A stretch of DNA of 63,021 bases, filler included. It is 7 parts of 7 records of this genome, joined end to end, with 100 filler letters (N's around TTAATTAATTAA, not from the genome) between each part and the next. Parts side by side here need not be neighbours in the genome. Positions count along the whole stretch, not along the records: positions 8,034 to 14,492 come from SRR20825019_2682; positions 14,593 to 20,208 come from SRR20825019_2684; positions 20,309 to 28,076 come from SRR20825019_2686; 4 more parts are not named here. One strand, given 5' to 3'. Shown here piece by piece: positions 11,511-23,289 of the stretch; the first letter of the stretch is position 1; each line of letters opens with the position of its first letter. The position numbers and the translations under genes are program-made. The notes under the pieces were generated by a model. That model ran no database searches. It was given only the letters and a program-made list of their open reading frames with translations, and was not told the origin of the DNA.

Positions 11511-12139
11511 ATCGAATGGGGGATAATAATGGACATGTATCCACTAAAAGGAATATATCCAGCGATGGACATCTGACAATTATTGCTGTCGGTGGTAATG
11601 CCACTGGGCGGGTCCGATGACGTCGGGATCGGAGTGCCGCCACGTGGCGCAGCCGGGCACCCACCAGCACGACCGGCCGCAGCGGGCTTGACGTCCTGCG
11701 GCGGTCCATCCGTCGGAGCAGAGTCCGCTAACCCGGAGGAGCTGTTCCGCACCAAATCCGCTGCTGACGATGGGCAGGCCTTGGGCTGTGCTCGGTCACT
11801 GCTCTGTGCGTGATAGAGCGCCATTTTTCAGAATCAACCACGGGACCGCGTCGCTCAGGCAGGCCACGGTCAGGTTGACCAGTCAGGTGGGCCCGGCGGG
11901 AATGAATGCAGACCAGCGGGGCCTGGGGCCGGGAAGTGAGCGGCCCCGCAACCTCAACGTGGTTCCACTTCAGTTGCGGTCGCGCGGGCTGGTGGCTGCC
12001 GGCCCCAAGATGCACCGCTAGTGTGCACACTCGCCTTGGTGCCCAGTGCCCGTCCCAGGCTGGCGCACCGAGTTAATTTATAATTTCTGTGGCTTCCATG
12101 ACATGAATTATTTAGAATTAGGGGAGTACTCCTGAAAAA

Positions 12140-14492
12140 ATGTGTCAGCCGGGACCATGCCGTGTCATATCAAGCAGGCACTCCAAAGAGAACACTGGGT
12201 ATCCGTTTTACGCCAAGCCTGCCAGTCACGTCGACACAGCCGCTCCTAAGCGTCCCACTCGGAGCCGCAGCAAGTCTGAAGACTCCTTCATGGCCTTGAA
12301 GATGGAGGTTCACGAGACGAAGACTCAACTAACGGCCGGTCGCGAACTGGAACCACCCGTGTCCGCGCTGCACGCTGCCGCACAGAATGGCACCCTGAGA
12401 CCTATGATGGATTTTTCCGAAATCAATTTTGTGAACGATGTCGGCGCAACCCCGCTTCACCTTGCCATTGCGGCAGGAGACACCTCCGCGGTCAGCGTTC
12501 TTTTGGAGAATGGAGCCGACATCAGACTTCTTGAAATATTGGTGCCTGGCGCGCCCCACCCCGTTACTGTCGCTTGTAGGCACGGAGGGCTGACCATCTT
12601 GGCGCTATTGATCAAAGCAGGCGCAGATCTGTCCGTGGGGCTCCCAGCCGGATGGGCGTCGGTCCCCGCTTGGCCGTCCTCAAAGCGCTGCCCCAACACC
12701 AGAGCATGGATGGTGAAGATACGCGAGCTCGTGTCCGCCCCGCAAGAACAGGTATGCCCATGTTGAAAATGTGTACATTCGAAAAGATTTAGATTCCTTA
12801 TAGCAAATCGAAATGGCTCATGCTCTGTTGGAAAAGGCAGCGATCTGGTTGGCCGCTGCAGCAGGAGACGAGGTCAGACTGGCATCTCTCCTTGCTGAAG
12901 GGCCCAGCCGTGATTCACTGAACTTCCGAGAGAGGTATTTGGGTGCGCAGCGACCCTCCGGGAAACAGCGCCTATGGGTGGAACACACCCCGCTCCACGT
13001 CGCCATCTCCCGTGGCTACCCAGAATGCGCCGAAATGTTGATCCGGGCCGGCGCTGACGGCGGACTCACGGCAGTCCACGCCTATACCTGGGCTGACCGC
13101 CGCCTCTCAGCACAAGAGCATCCTGCTTACACGGATGTGACCTGGACGCCATCACGGAGCCGTCAGTGCCCTGCTCAAACACGGGTCACGGAGGAATTCT
13201 GCACTGCATTGCACCTGGCTGTAAAACTCCAGGACCCAGTCAGGGTTGTGACGGCGCTCCTTGCATCAGGGTGCGTTGATGTCGAAGGGACTGACCACCG
13301 TGGACAAACGGCGCTTCACCTTGCCGCGCGCTTGCGGAAGAAGGAAACCGTCGCAGTGCTCATCCAGGCCGGGGCGTGCGCACATCACAAGGACAAGATC
13401 GGTATGCGCCCTCGCGACAGATGTAGCGATCCCAATATTCTGGCACTAATGCCATTACATGAGGGTGGCCGGGCACTCACGGACCAAGAGATGAGAATGG
13501 AAAAAAAGCGGAAACGTATTGTCCACAGGATGGTCAAGAGCCTTGCATACGCCACGCCAGGGTCGGGGGCTGCTAGCGACGATGAGAACGCGAGTGTCGC
13601 GACGGATGCAACGGACATCGGCTCCAGCCTCGACGTCCAGTCCCCCTCGCATCCTCTACCATCACCTGACCGCGGTGCAGCCTCAGTGGTGCGTCGTGAG
13701 TCATCACAGACCACACTGACAATCGCCCCAGCAGACCGGCGGCATGGCGCGGGTATGATTGAATGCACACAGATATCAGCAATTCTGACGGGCCTGGACT
13801 CGCCTGTCACGACTTTGATCAAGACGCTTGAAGATGGCCTTGAGCGGGCGGCCACAGACCTGGAACAAATTGCTCGGTTGCATCACCAGAGCGCGCATGA
13901 AGATACGACGGATGAAGTGACTGGTGAAGAACCGTCCCGTGAGGAACCTACGCCGGAGACAGTGGTGGGCGAGGATGACAAGAGCGATGGCCCTGATGAT
14001 ATGTACGCGGAGCCATCGAGCCAAGAAGAGGAACCGCTCGCTCTAGCCGAAGAAACTCCGTGGCAGCAGGACGACCCAACAACATCTGATGACGAAGAGA
14101 CCATGACCATCAGCCCGCCTGCATGTGGCGAACCCGTTGAATGCCCGGACCAACCGCTTGAGGTCTCATCGCCGCGTGAGAATATGCATTCGTCGACCGA
14201 TACCGAGACTGACGACTCCGAATGCCCGGTTCTGTCCTTGTCATTCAAAGGTTCTCTATTCGGAGATGACACGACCGGGTCCAGCGAAGGTGAGGCTACC
14301 CCAACCAAAGCAAAACCGGAATTCTCGAGGGTGGACGTCAGCCCCATCCAGATCGGTGCGCTCGGGTATTCCCGGTTTGCCTCAGTGTCTGTCGGCGGCC
14401 TCTCACTCCGCCCAAGATCCCTTGCAGCTCCCCTCCAGGCCGCGGCTGCCGGCCCGCTCGGCAGTGGCGGCCTTCCGAATGATTTCGCGCCG
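12140..14492 (+). CDS. Ankyrin-repeat protein with acidic disordered C-terminus; two ORFs joined by intron 12752-12803, 3' truncated
   Basis: Ankyrin motifs GATPLHLA, HTPLHVA, CTALHLA, GQTALHLAA; CAG|GTATGC ... TTCCTTATAG|CAA is a 52-nt phase-0 intron fusing ORFs 12140..12766 and 12813..14540. Confidence 0.8.
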
Positions 14493-14592
14493 NNNNNNNN
14501 NNNNNNNNNNNNNNNNNNNNNNNNNNNNNNNNNNNNTTAATTAATTAANNNNNNNNNNNNNNNNNNNNNNNNNNNNNNNNNNNNNNNNNNNN
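14493..14592. other. Artificial contig linker
   Basis: N-run, TTAATTAATTAA, N-run. Confidence 0.99.
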
Positions 14593-14900
14593 CCCCCCCC
14601 CCCCCCCCCCCCCCCTCGGCGCCCCCAGCGGCCCGGCCTGACTGCGCGGGGACCGCGCCGCCCGGCCCCAGGGGCCTCCACTGTCAGCGGCGGCCGCGCC
14701 CCCCGGGCGGCCGGACCGTGCCCCGGGGGTGCCCGGGCCGGGGGCCCGGCCGCCACGCTCAGCAGGCCGGCCGGGCGGCGCTTGAACCGGCGGGGCGGCC
14801 GGCCCGGCCGGCGCGCCGGACGCCGGCGAGGCCACCGGCCGCGGCCGGCGCGCCGGACCGCGCCGGCGAGCCCGGGGGGGGCCCAGCCGACAGGGTCGCA
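14593..14900. repeat. Poly-C run followed by a GC-rich low-complexity tract
   Basis: C23 at 14593-14615, then GGCC/CCGG-rich sequence resembling 11090-11510. Confidence 0.7.
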
Positions 14901-15461
14901 CCGTGATTGCAATCTCACTCATGAGATTTACAGAGATTACAAAACACATATGTTGGTTGCAACTTGAATCCCAACGGACCCAACCGCGACCCGACCCGCT
15001 CGGCAGCCGGTGAAGCGGGCCCCCCGCAACAGTCCATCCTCTGATCACGGATATCCGATCCAACTTACGCTCGTGCCGCGCCGAGGGGGCAGGGAGCCTC
15101 GCGAGGCCCTCTGGCCGCCCTCAGCTCCGGCATCATCGCGTGCGGCGCCGCATGACGCGGTCATTACCATCAACCAACCAACAATGTGGGTGTTACCGTG
15201 TGATGATTACCGTACAGCCCTCGGCTGCGTGGCGCAGTGGCGCGCCGGCAGCGTCCCACGGCCGGACACGCAACCACAAGTGTGGTATGGAGCATGGGAT
15301 GGGATGGGGTTCGGTTTGCAAGGAAGGTTCCTGCGGCCCAAACACCAGCCTCCACGCAAGGGTCGGTCCATGGGGGGCCCAACCTCCGCCCGCGATCAGC
15401 AATCACAGCAGCATAAACAAATCCACACCTCCCCCAACGTAACTCCATAACTCTCTTAAAC

Positions 15462-16713
15462 ATGACTACAACCGGTTGTAACTTCACCTGCCGTTGCGGC
15501 GAGGTCAAGGTGTCCATCACTGGAGAACCCAAGGCCGTTTGTTTCTGCCACTGCAACGAGTGCCGTAAGCTCGCTGGTGCTCCCTTCATTGAGGGCTGTG
15601 TCATGGGCCCTGACGATGTCAAGGTCGAGGGACCCGTGAAGGATTCTGTTGTGATCGAGCCCCACGACGACGGCAAGGGCATGATCGCTCGCCACTGCGA
15701 GAAGTGCCACGAGTTTTTGGGTAGGTATGTTGTTGGTATCTCCATGCCCTACTGATCCCTTTTTCTAGGCAACTTCAACAAGTTTGGCCTCCTCAACATT
15801 CCCGCCCACAAGATTCGTAGTGTGAAGGGCTTCTCTGGCGTCAAGGCTGGCATTCATATTTTCATGAAGGAACGCCGTGTTGACGTCGACGACACTCTCC
15901 CTAAGTTCAAGGACCTTCCCGAGGGTAAGGCACACCTGCAGACCGGATCTCTTCGCTAATCCTTCTTTCAATGACAGCCTTTGGTGGAACCAACGAGATG
16001 CATGATGGCTCCTCCCTCGAGGCCACCACTCCGATTGCCGAGGTGTCCGGATCTCTGGCATGCTACTGTGGTGAATCCAAGGTCACCATCAAGGGTGAGT
16101 TGAAGGCTGCCTGCTACTGCCACTGGTGAGTTCTACGGCGTTGTATTAGTGTCAAGTCACAAACCCATTGCTTTCCACACAGCGTCGAGTGCCGCGCCAT
16201 AAGCAACCAGCCTATGGTAGAGGGATGCGTCATGGCCCCCGACTCGTGCACCTTTGAGGGACCTATCGTGGAATCTGTGGTTAAGGACCCCACCATGAAG
16301 ATCAAGGCCTGCGAGAAGTGCCACTATGTTTGTAAGTTGCTGGCTGGCCGTATTCCTGTACATAACTAATTGGTGGTTTCTCAGTCTGCAACACCAACAA
16401 GTTCGAGCTCTGCAACTTCCCCGAGGGCAAGATCAAGTGGGATGAAGGCGTCAAGTTTGCCCCAGCCGTCCACCTGTTCTGGAAGGAGCGCTGCCTCCCT
16501 GGCACGAAGGATGACAAGCCCAAGTTCCTTGACCTCCCCGAGGCCTTCGGTGGGTCCAACAAGATGTTCGAGGCCGGTGCCACCACTCCCCGCCCCGAAT
16601 ATGCCCGTGCCGAGGCCTTGGGTATCCCCATCAAGAATGCGGACGGCACTCCTCGCAGATATCAGGAAATTTATGAGGACCTGCTCCGCAAGCTCTCCGA
16701 CCTCCAGGCATAA
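15462..16713 (+). CDS. Tandem two-domain GFA/CENP-V (Mss4-like zinc) protein; introns 15721-15768, 15925-15977, 16126-16182, 16332-16384
   Basis: Two copies of CxCG...CxCHCxECR...CEKCH...H[IL]F..ER....D..PKF.DLPEAFGG; four GT-AG introns of 48-57 nt restore one frame ending in TAA at 16713. Confidence 0.85.
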
Positions 16714-17018
16714 ATGAAACGTTGTATATCGTCACGCGCTACGTAATTTTTTGCCTTAGTTTAGATGTTCCTGAGCTAGTTAGAGGAACCCCCATGTAAG
16801 GAAAACCCATGGAATTTATTGCAGAGTTGAGACTTGCCACCAGCCACAAACCAGGTGACTTCAGCGCACATGAATCGCCTAGCCATTTTTACAGCGGTGC
16901 CAAACGCCCAATGCATATTTTCAACTGACTCAAGATCTTAACCATTATAGCTGACTACAATATGGAAAGGTGTAAGGTGTAAAGGGAAAAGGCGACTGAT
17001 CGATTGAACGGGCCTACA

Positions 17019-20000
17019 TCAAGACGAGGGCCCTTTGTTCTTAGCTTTCTGAGAGCACATCACGCATCTCATCTGAGCCCGCAACAAGAACGCCTTGTCA
17101 CCCTGCACACCAACTCCCCCAGAGTCGCCCCCGCTCTGAAGCTCGGACGCACTCATGTGCGTCGTATCGCCACCAGCACCCATGCACTGACTGTGGTATA
17201 CGTGGCCACAGAAGAACACCAAGAGAGAAGCAGATGTGTCTAAAAATAGAAACAATGTAAGCTCTGAACTTGGGGAGTCAACAGTTCACGGATGGGTTAC
17301 CTGTCGTGAGAACAGCGCCACCACAAACCGCGCAAGCGGAAGAGTTCTCGTTGCCGACGCACACCGACCGACGCTGCATGCGGTTCAACCTAGATGCCAT
17401 CTCCTTACAATCCACTTGTAGCAACTGCGACTAGAGTCAGGTCCGATCTATTCAAACATGGGATAGGTATACACACATGATTGCATCCCTCACGCAAGCT
17501 CATCTGCAGAAGATAATCCGAAATGATCTTCACCAGCTTATCCCGCAACCCTGGGATTTCCATGCCAACAGGAATTCGCTGAATCACACCAATTGGGTCC
17601 ACAATATGTGCACCAATGTCTGCAAGGTAATGTGAATAACCAACTATTGTCGCCCGAACGCCGCCTAACCTGACGCCAACAGCACCGAAACATGCGCCGG
17701 GTTCTTGAGACAGTGAGTAATCAAATCTTCCCAAAGATCTTCGTCGTTTTGACTCTTGCAAAACTCAATTCCCTGCTCCACATCTTCTAGCTTCCTCATG
17801 ATCAATTCCAACGCCTGCCTCGCATTCCCCATTCGTCCCAGGATGAACACCATCTCGGCATACAAAGACCTTTCCTTGCACAACTGGTACGCTTTTTCAA
17901 GTGGATAGTTATTGCTCTGCTTCAAAAAAGGGAGGAGCTGCTCCGGTGCGTAGTCAGCATACAGGGAGACCTGCAATAAATGATACTCGGCTGAAAAGAA
18001 AGGAACTAAGAACCACAACACCAACAACTGTATCATGGATAGAATACCTCCAAGCCTCATATCCATTCTGAAGATAGCGTCAAGGTAAAGGTGCTGGAAC
18101 TCTGGTTTGCCATCCAGATGCTTCACCACAGTAGCCACAGGAACAACATCCGTGTTTTCAGTAAATAGTGAAATGGCCCGTTCGCGATCAAACGAGATAA
18201 GTTCTACCCGGTATACACGAGTCAATTGAGATCATCAAGCTACTGCCTCGGGTGTCTTACCTGCGCATTTGTCTGCGGCTGATTGGAACAAGTTGTGCTG
18301 AACAATCATTTCAAACACGTTCGTCCTCCCAAGCTTCAAAAACACGTGCAGGGCTTTGTTGTATTGCTTGTCAAACATGTACAGCTGTCCAAGCAATGAG
18401 TGTGAGCAGGCAGCGATTAATATCAGGGCACAATAATTCCCATACCGTGGCAAGGGCTTCCATCAAGATGGGTGACTCGTTCTGCTTGAGCTTATCTAAT
18501 ACAGCAGTAAGGACATTCTGCACGCTGTATATCTCTGCCGGCCACTCCTTCACAGTCTGCAGGAATCTGTCGGGCTCAGAACCTTCATGGAAAGTCAGCT
18601 AGTTCACGCACAAAGGGCCACCAACACAGCATACCAAGGAAATAGTTCAAGACCATCTCGTACACGGTATCGCTAAGATGAAGATCCTTCACGGGGATAT
18701 ATTTTCCTATGACAACTAGCTGCTTGATTTTCGCAAATATGAACACCCACTTCTCCCACAACCGTGCGTCATTCTTGAATATTTTGGGGCACAGTGACGC
18801 CGCACGCTCATACTGCTTTTGTTCAAGGAGGCTCTTCAACAATCTGTTCGCGCACGATAAGTCAGTGCAGCACAAACCCGCATAGGCAAGCCGGCATACT
18901 TTTCTCCGACTTCATAAAGCTTATGGCCCTTGAGCTCGCTCTCGTACGCACAAGCATCATTGAGAGCCTCTTCATAGCGGCCGCGCTGCATCAACCAGGA
19001 AATGTGATCATCATGATCCCTGCGCCTTGCCACGACTACGTCTTTAGGCGACACAACATAGAAAACGTCGCTACCCGGTAGACGCTAAGGAGCATTAGCT
19101 CAAGCGCGGATGGAATTGATGGACCATACTCACCTCTAGCATGTAGTCGTTGGCAGTGAAGTGTTCAAAGCCGTGGATGCTCAGGGCATCGGATACTATC
19201 TCGTCATTCTGCTTTGTTAGAATGCGTAGCTCGGGGCGTAGGGCCTTCATTTCCTTCTGGCTCCCCCCAGCGCCCTAGCCGCGTAAATCAAAAATCCGAG
19301 CCTTGGCCAACAATACCACACTGTTACTCACCTCCCCACTTTCTTCCTCCGAGTCGTCAGTCTCTCCGTCGATATATGCCAGCGCGAGCAAGTACTCTCC
19401 AAAGAATTGGACCCCACTGATGAAATAATCGGTCTGAAACATGGCTACGATCTCCACAAATCTGTTGGGTTGGGTCGCAACGGCGGGCGAGTTTGCCTCG
19501 GTAGGTGCCAGGGTCTTCTTCTCGCGAATAACTCCGACTTTTACAAAGTCCGCCCAGCCGATAATCAGCGTTGTATCATTCTCCCACGTGAGGTGAGCAC
19601 GATACTGCTCCGGGGGGGGGCTACCCTTCGGTCTATCGATGTATGAAATACGCTGGTTGGTTCTGCAGTCGTAAATTTTCACCCCAGAGTCGTTTGCCCA
19701 TGCGATAAGAGATCCTTGCCACCGGATGGTATGAACGGGTCCCTCACCTGCGTGGAGAATGAAGTCCTTGGAGCTGAACCAACCCTTCGTATTGATCACC
19801 AGTTGCCCAGCAACACCGCCACAACAGAACATCCTGTTGGACTTACGACCAAAAGCCGGGTCCAGAACAACAGACTTCAAAGGTCTATTGTAATTATACT
19901 CAAGAACTTCTGGGCTGTAAAGTCCGTGAATAACCACTTTCCCATCGTTCGAACAGGACGCTACGTAGTCTCCCGAGTTGTCAACACTCAGTCCGCTCAC

Positions 20001-20208
20001 CGTTGAACTGTGGGCACTCAGTCTTCTAATTTCGTTCCCGCTGAAGTCAAATATATAAACAATTCCTTGAAATGTCCCCAAAGCGATGAATTTCTCGTGA
20101 AGAGCCAAGCACGTGGCGTTGTCACGACGTAACGCCTCCGCAACACCGCCACCAAGACGTTGATACTTCAGTTTTGGCTCCTCCTCTTCCTCCTCTTCCT
20201 CCTCTTCC
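17019..20208 (-). CDS. VPS41: Vacuolar protein sorting 41 (HOPS subunit), multi-exon, 5' truncated
   Basis: Acidic N-terminus then EPKLKYQRL; WD40 region (IAWANDSGVKIYD); clathrin-repeat region (EMVFILGRMGN, QNDEDLWEDLI); C-terminal RING-H2 (CAVC...FFCGHVYHSQC...CVMC); many short GT-AG introns. Confidence 0.93.
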
Positions 20209-20308
20209 NNNNNNNNNNNNNNNNNNNNNNNNNNNNNNNNNNNNNNNNNNNNTTAATTAATTAANNNNNNNNNNNNNNNNNNNNNNNNNNNNNNNNNNNN
20301 NNNNNNNN
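20209..20308. other. Artificial contig linker
   Basis: N-run, TTAATTAATTAA, N-run. Confidence 0.99.
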
Positions 20309-20348
20309 GCGCAAAGCGCCGGGGGCAGCGCCCCCCCTGCAAGGGACG

Positions 20349-21254
20349 CTATTTGCGCGCCGGCCCAACCAGTGCCGCACCCGCAACCAACACTCCGGAC
20401 ACCGTGGCGATCATACCCGCCGCACTGACCGAATCCTGCGCGCCCAGCCACAGCGGGCCATAGCCGGCCAACACATAACCGATCACGGCTGCGAGCGTCG
20501 CAAACAACACCGACCACGCGATCTGAGTCTCCAGCCGGTTGGTCATCAGCCGCGCCGCCGCGGGCGGGCAGATGAACATGGCGATCACGATGATACTGCC
20601 AACCGCGTCAAATGCCGCCACCGCAGCCACAGCCGCCACCACCACCAGCGCCAGCCCCAAAGGCCCCGTGCGCAGGCCCATCGTGCGGGCAAAGCCTTCG
20701 TCGAAGGTCGAGATTTTCAGCGGCCGCCAGAACACCGCGACAAACAGCGCCACCACCACCAGCGCCCCGACCATCCGGGGCAGCTCAACCGGCAGATAAG
20801 CCAGCGCCTGCGGGTCCCACAGCGACGACCAGCCGGTCGCATCCAGCCAGATCAGGCTTTCCAGATTGCCGTACAGCGCATGTTCCACGTCCAGGTGCAC
20901 GCTAGAGGTGTCCGACATCTCCAGCAACAGAACACCGCCTGCAAACATGGTGGTGAACACCACACCCATGGCCGCGCCCGGCTCGATCTTGCCCAGCCGC
21001 CGGATCGTCTCGATGGCCGCCACGGCCACCAGCGCGGCCCCCGCAGCACCCAGCAACATCGGCACGCTGGCCACCAGTCCCGTCACCAGAAACGCCACCA
21101 CGATCCCCGGCAGCACCACATGGCTGATCGCATCGCCGATCAGCGCCTGCCGCCGCAACAGCAGGAAATTCCCCGGCAAGGCACAGGCAACAGCCACACA
21201 GATGCCGATCAGCATCGGCACCAGCGACAGCGGGACAAATTCGGAACCGGTCAT
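20349..21254 (-). CDS. Mn/Zn/Fe ABC transporter permease (TroD/MntD-like)
   Basis: GDAISHVVLPG ABC-3 motif, hydrophobic, last gene of operon. Confidence 0.92.
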   Translation of the reverse strand: MTGSEFVPLSLVPMLIGICVAVACALPGNFLLLRRQALIGDAISHVVLPGIVVAFLVTGLVASVPMLLGAAGAALVAVAAIETIRRLGKIEPGAAMGVVFTTMFAGGVLLLEMSDTSSVHLDVEHALYGNLESLIWLDATGWSSLWDPQALAYLPVELPRMVGALVVVALFVAVFWRPLKISTFDEGFARTMGLRTGPLGLALVVVAAVAAVAAFDAVGSIIVIAMFICPPAAARLMTNRLETQIAWSVLFATLAAVIGYVLAGYGPLWLGAQDSVSAAGMIATVSGVLVAGAALVGPARK

Positions 21255-22456
21255 GGTGTTACCCCTTGCGGCGCGGGCAAACGCGCGTCGATGTCTCTCA
21301 ACTGATCGGGGGTCAGGACGCTGCTCATCTCGGTCAACCCGTCATAGCGCAAGGCCGCGGCGGCATAGGCCTGATCACTGCGCACCACCTGCCAGCGGGC
21401 CTCGTCCAGCAACGCCTGGGCCGCATGGGCGCGCCCCTTGTCGGTCGCCACGCCATCGCCCCGCATCAGCCCGCCCCGCTCCATCAGCCTCTGCGTCAGG
21501 CGTTCATAGATCGGTTGCCCCTGGGCCAGCGCCAGCAATCCCTGTCGCAGATGCACACGGCGCTGGTACTGACGGTGCTGTACCACCGATGACACCACGC
21601 CCCGCCCCGGCGCGCACAGCAGCGAAATCATGAACAGGGCAAAACTGACCAGCACGATGATCGGCCCCGTCGGCACATCAGGCACCGCCGCCGAAATCGC
21701 AGCGCCCACATAGCCCGACAGCCCGCCGACAATCCCCGCCCCCAACAGCACACGGTCCACCCGCTCGGTCCAGAACCGTGCGGTGACGGGCGGGATGATC
21801 AGCAACGCCACGATCAGGATCAGCCCAACAATCTTCAGCCCCACAACCGTTACGGCCAGAACGATCCCCATCATCGCAAGATCAATCCGGTTCACGTTCC
21901 GCCCGGTCGCCAGGGCAAAGTCGGGATCAAAGGCCACCAGCGTCAGCGGTCGCCGCAGGATCAGCACCAGCGCCAGTGTCAGCGCCGCCGCCAGAACCAG
22001 CACCAGCGCATCGGATTGCAGCATGCCTGCGGTCGAGCCCAACAGAAAGCTTTCCAGCCCCGCTTGTCGACCGCTGGACATGGTCTGGATATAGGTCAGC
22101 ACCACGATGCCAAAGCCAAAGAACACCGACAGCACCGCCCCGATCGCCGCATCCTCGGCCAGCCGCGTGCGGGTGCTCAGCCAGTTCACGCAAAGCAACC
22201 CGATGGCCGCCGAAACCGCACCCCCTGCCAGCAGGCCGATCAGGTTGCGTCCGTCCCCGCCCATGGCCACCATCAGCACAAAGGCCAGCCCGACCCCGGG
22301 CAGGGTGGCATGGCTGACCGCATCGCTGACCAAGGCGCGTTTGCGCAGGAACAGGAACGATCCGCCCACGCCACCCGCGATGCCCAGAATGCCCGCACCC
22401 AGCGTCACCAGCGTCGCGTTATAGCCCAGCCCCAAAAGCAGCGCGTCCCAGATCAT
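21251..22456 (-). CDS. Mn/Zn/Fe ABC transporter permease (TroC/MntC-like) with soluble C-terminal extension
   Basis: SDAVSHATLPG motif; about 110-aa soluble tail. Confidence 0.92.
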   Translation of the reverse strand: MIWDALLLGLGYNATLVTLGAGILGIAGGVGGSFLFLRKRALVSDAVSHATLPGVGLAFVLMVAMGGDGRNLIGLLAGGAVSAAIGLLCVNWLSTRTRLAEDAAIGAVLSVFFGFGIVVLTYIQTMSSGRQAGLESFLLGSTAGMLQSDALVLVLAAALTLALVLILRRPLTLVAFDPDFALATGRNVNRIDLAMMGIVLAVTVVGLKIVGLILIVALLIIPPVTARFWTERVDRVLLGAGIVGGLSGYVGAAISAAVPDVPTGPIIVLVSFALFMISLLCAPGRGVVSSVVQHRQYQRRVHLRQGLLALAQGQPIYERLTQRLMERGGLMRGDGVATDKGRAHAAQALLDEARWQVVRSDQAYAAAALRYDGLTEMSSVLTPDQLRDIDARLPAPQGVTP

Positions 22457-23286
22457 CGCGCGGCGGCCCCGGTCCCTGTACCGATCAGCGTATCAGCCAG
22501 CGCATCCATCTGCGCCCCCGCCAGCCGCCCGCCATAGGCGGTTTGCAGGTTCGTTTGGGTAAAGGTCGTCGCGACCGGCCCTTCGGCAACGGCCTGTGTG
22601 TTGATCAGGAACACATCGTCGAAATAATCACGCACTGTGCTCAGGTCATGATGCACCGCCACCACCGTCTTGCCCGCATCGCGCAGGCCCTTCAGCACGT
22701 TGATGATCGCCTGCTCTGTCGCCGCATCGACCCCGGCAAAGGGTTCGTCCAACAGATACAGGTCCGCCCCCTGCGCCAATGCACGCGCCAGGAACACCCG
22801 TTGTTGCTGTCCGCCCGAAAGCTGTCCGATCTGGCGCGTGGCGAAATCGGTCATGCCTACACGCTCAAGGCAATCCATGACCTGCGCGCGATGTTTGGCG
22901 CGGACCCGTCCCAACAGGCCCAACTGGCCGTACATGCCCATCAACACCACGTCGATCACACGCGTCGGGAAATCCCAGTCGACGCTGGCCCGTTGCGGAA
23001 CATAGGCGATGTGGTCCCGCTGCCATGCCATCGGTTGTCCCAGGACAGTCACCGTACCCGCAAGCGGTTTCAGGATACCCAAGGCGGCCTTGAGCAGGGT
23101 CGACTTGCCCGCACCGTTCGGTCCGATGATTGCCGTCATATGACCTGCGCGCACGGTCATATCGACAGAAAACACCGCAGGTTTCTGCCCATAAGACACC
23201 GTCAGCCCGCGTATCGCCAGCGGGCTGGCCAGACGGCGTTCGGCGTCGGTGGGCGCGTCCTTGTCCCGTGCCAATGTGATTGTCAT
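22453..23286 (-). CDS. Metal ABC transporter ATP-binding protein (TroB/MntB-like)
   Basis: GPNGAGKS, LSGGQQQR, LLDEP, VHHDL. Confidence 0.95.
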   Translation of the reverse strand: MTITLARDKDAPTDAERRLASPLAIRGLTVSYGQKPAVFSVDMTVRAGHMTAIIGPNGAGKSTLLKAALGILKPLAGTVTVLGQPMAWQRDHIAYVPQRASVDWDFPTRVIDVVLMGMYGQLGLLGRVRAKHRAQVMDCLERVGMTDFATRQIGQLSGGQQQRVFLARALAQGADLYLLDEPFAGVDAATEQAIINVLKGLRDAGKTVVAVHHDLSTVRDYFDDVFLINTQAVAEGPVATTFTQTNLQTAYGGRLAGAQMDALADTLIGTGTGAAAR

Positions 23287-23289
23287 GGC

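Noticed and set aside
10839-11824. Several overlapping Arg/Gly/Pro-rich ORFs
   Set aside because: Expected from the stop-poor GC tract; no domain evidence, although 11384..11824 cannot be fully excluded as an exon
8034-14492. Giant-virus origin for the ankyrin and zinc-finger contig
   Set aside because: Phase-consistent spliceosomal GT-AG introns and no viral hallmark genes
20179-20208. (CTCCTCTTC)n repeat at the contig end
   Set aside because: Encodes the ordinary poly-Glu N-terminus of VPS41
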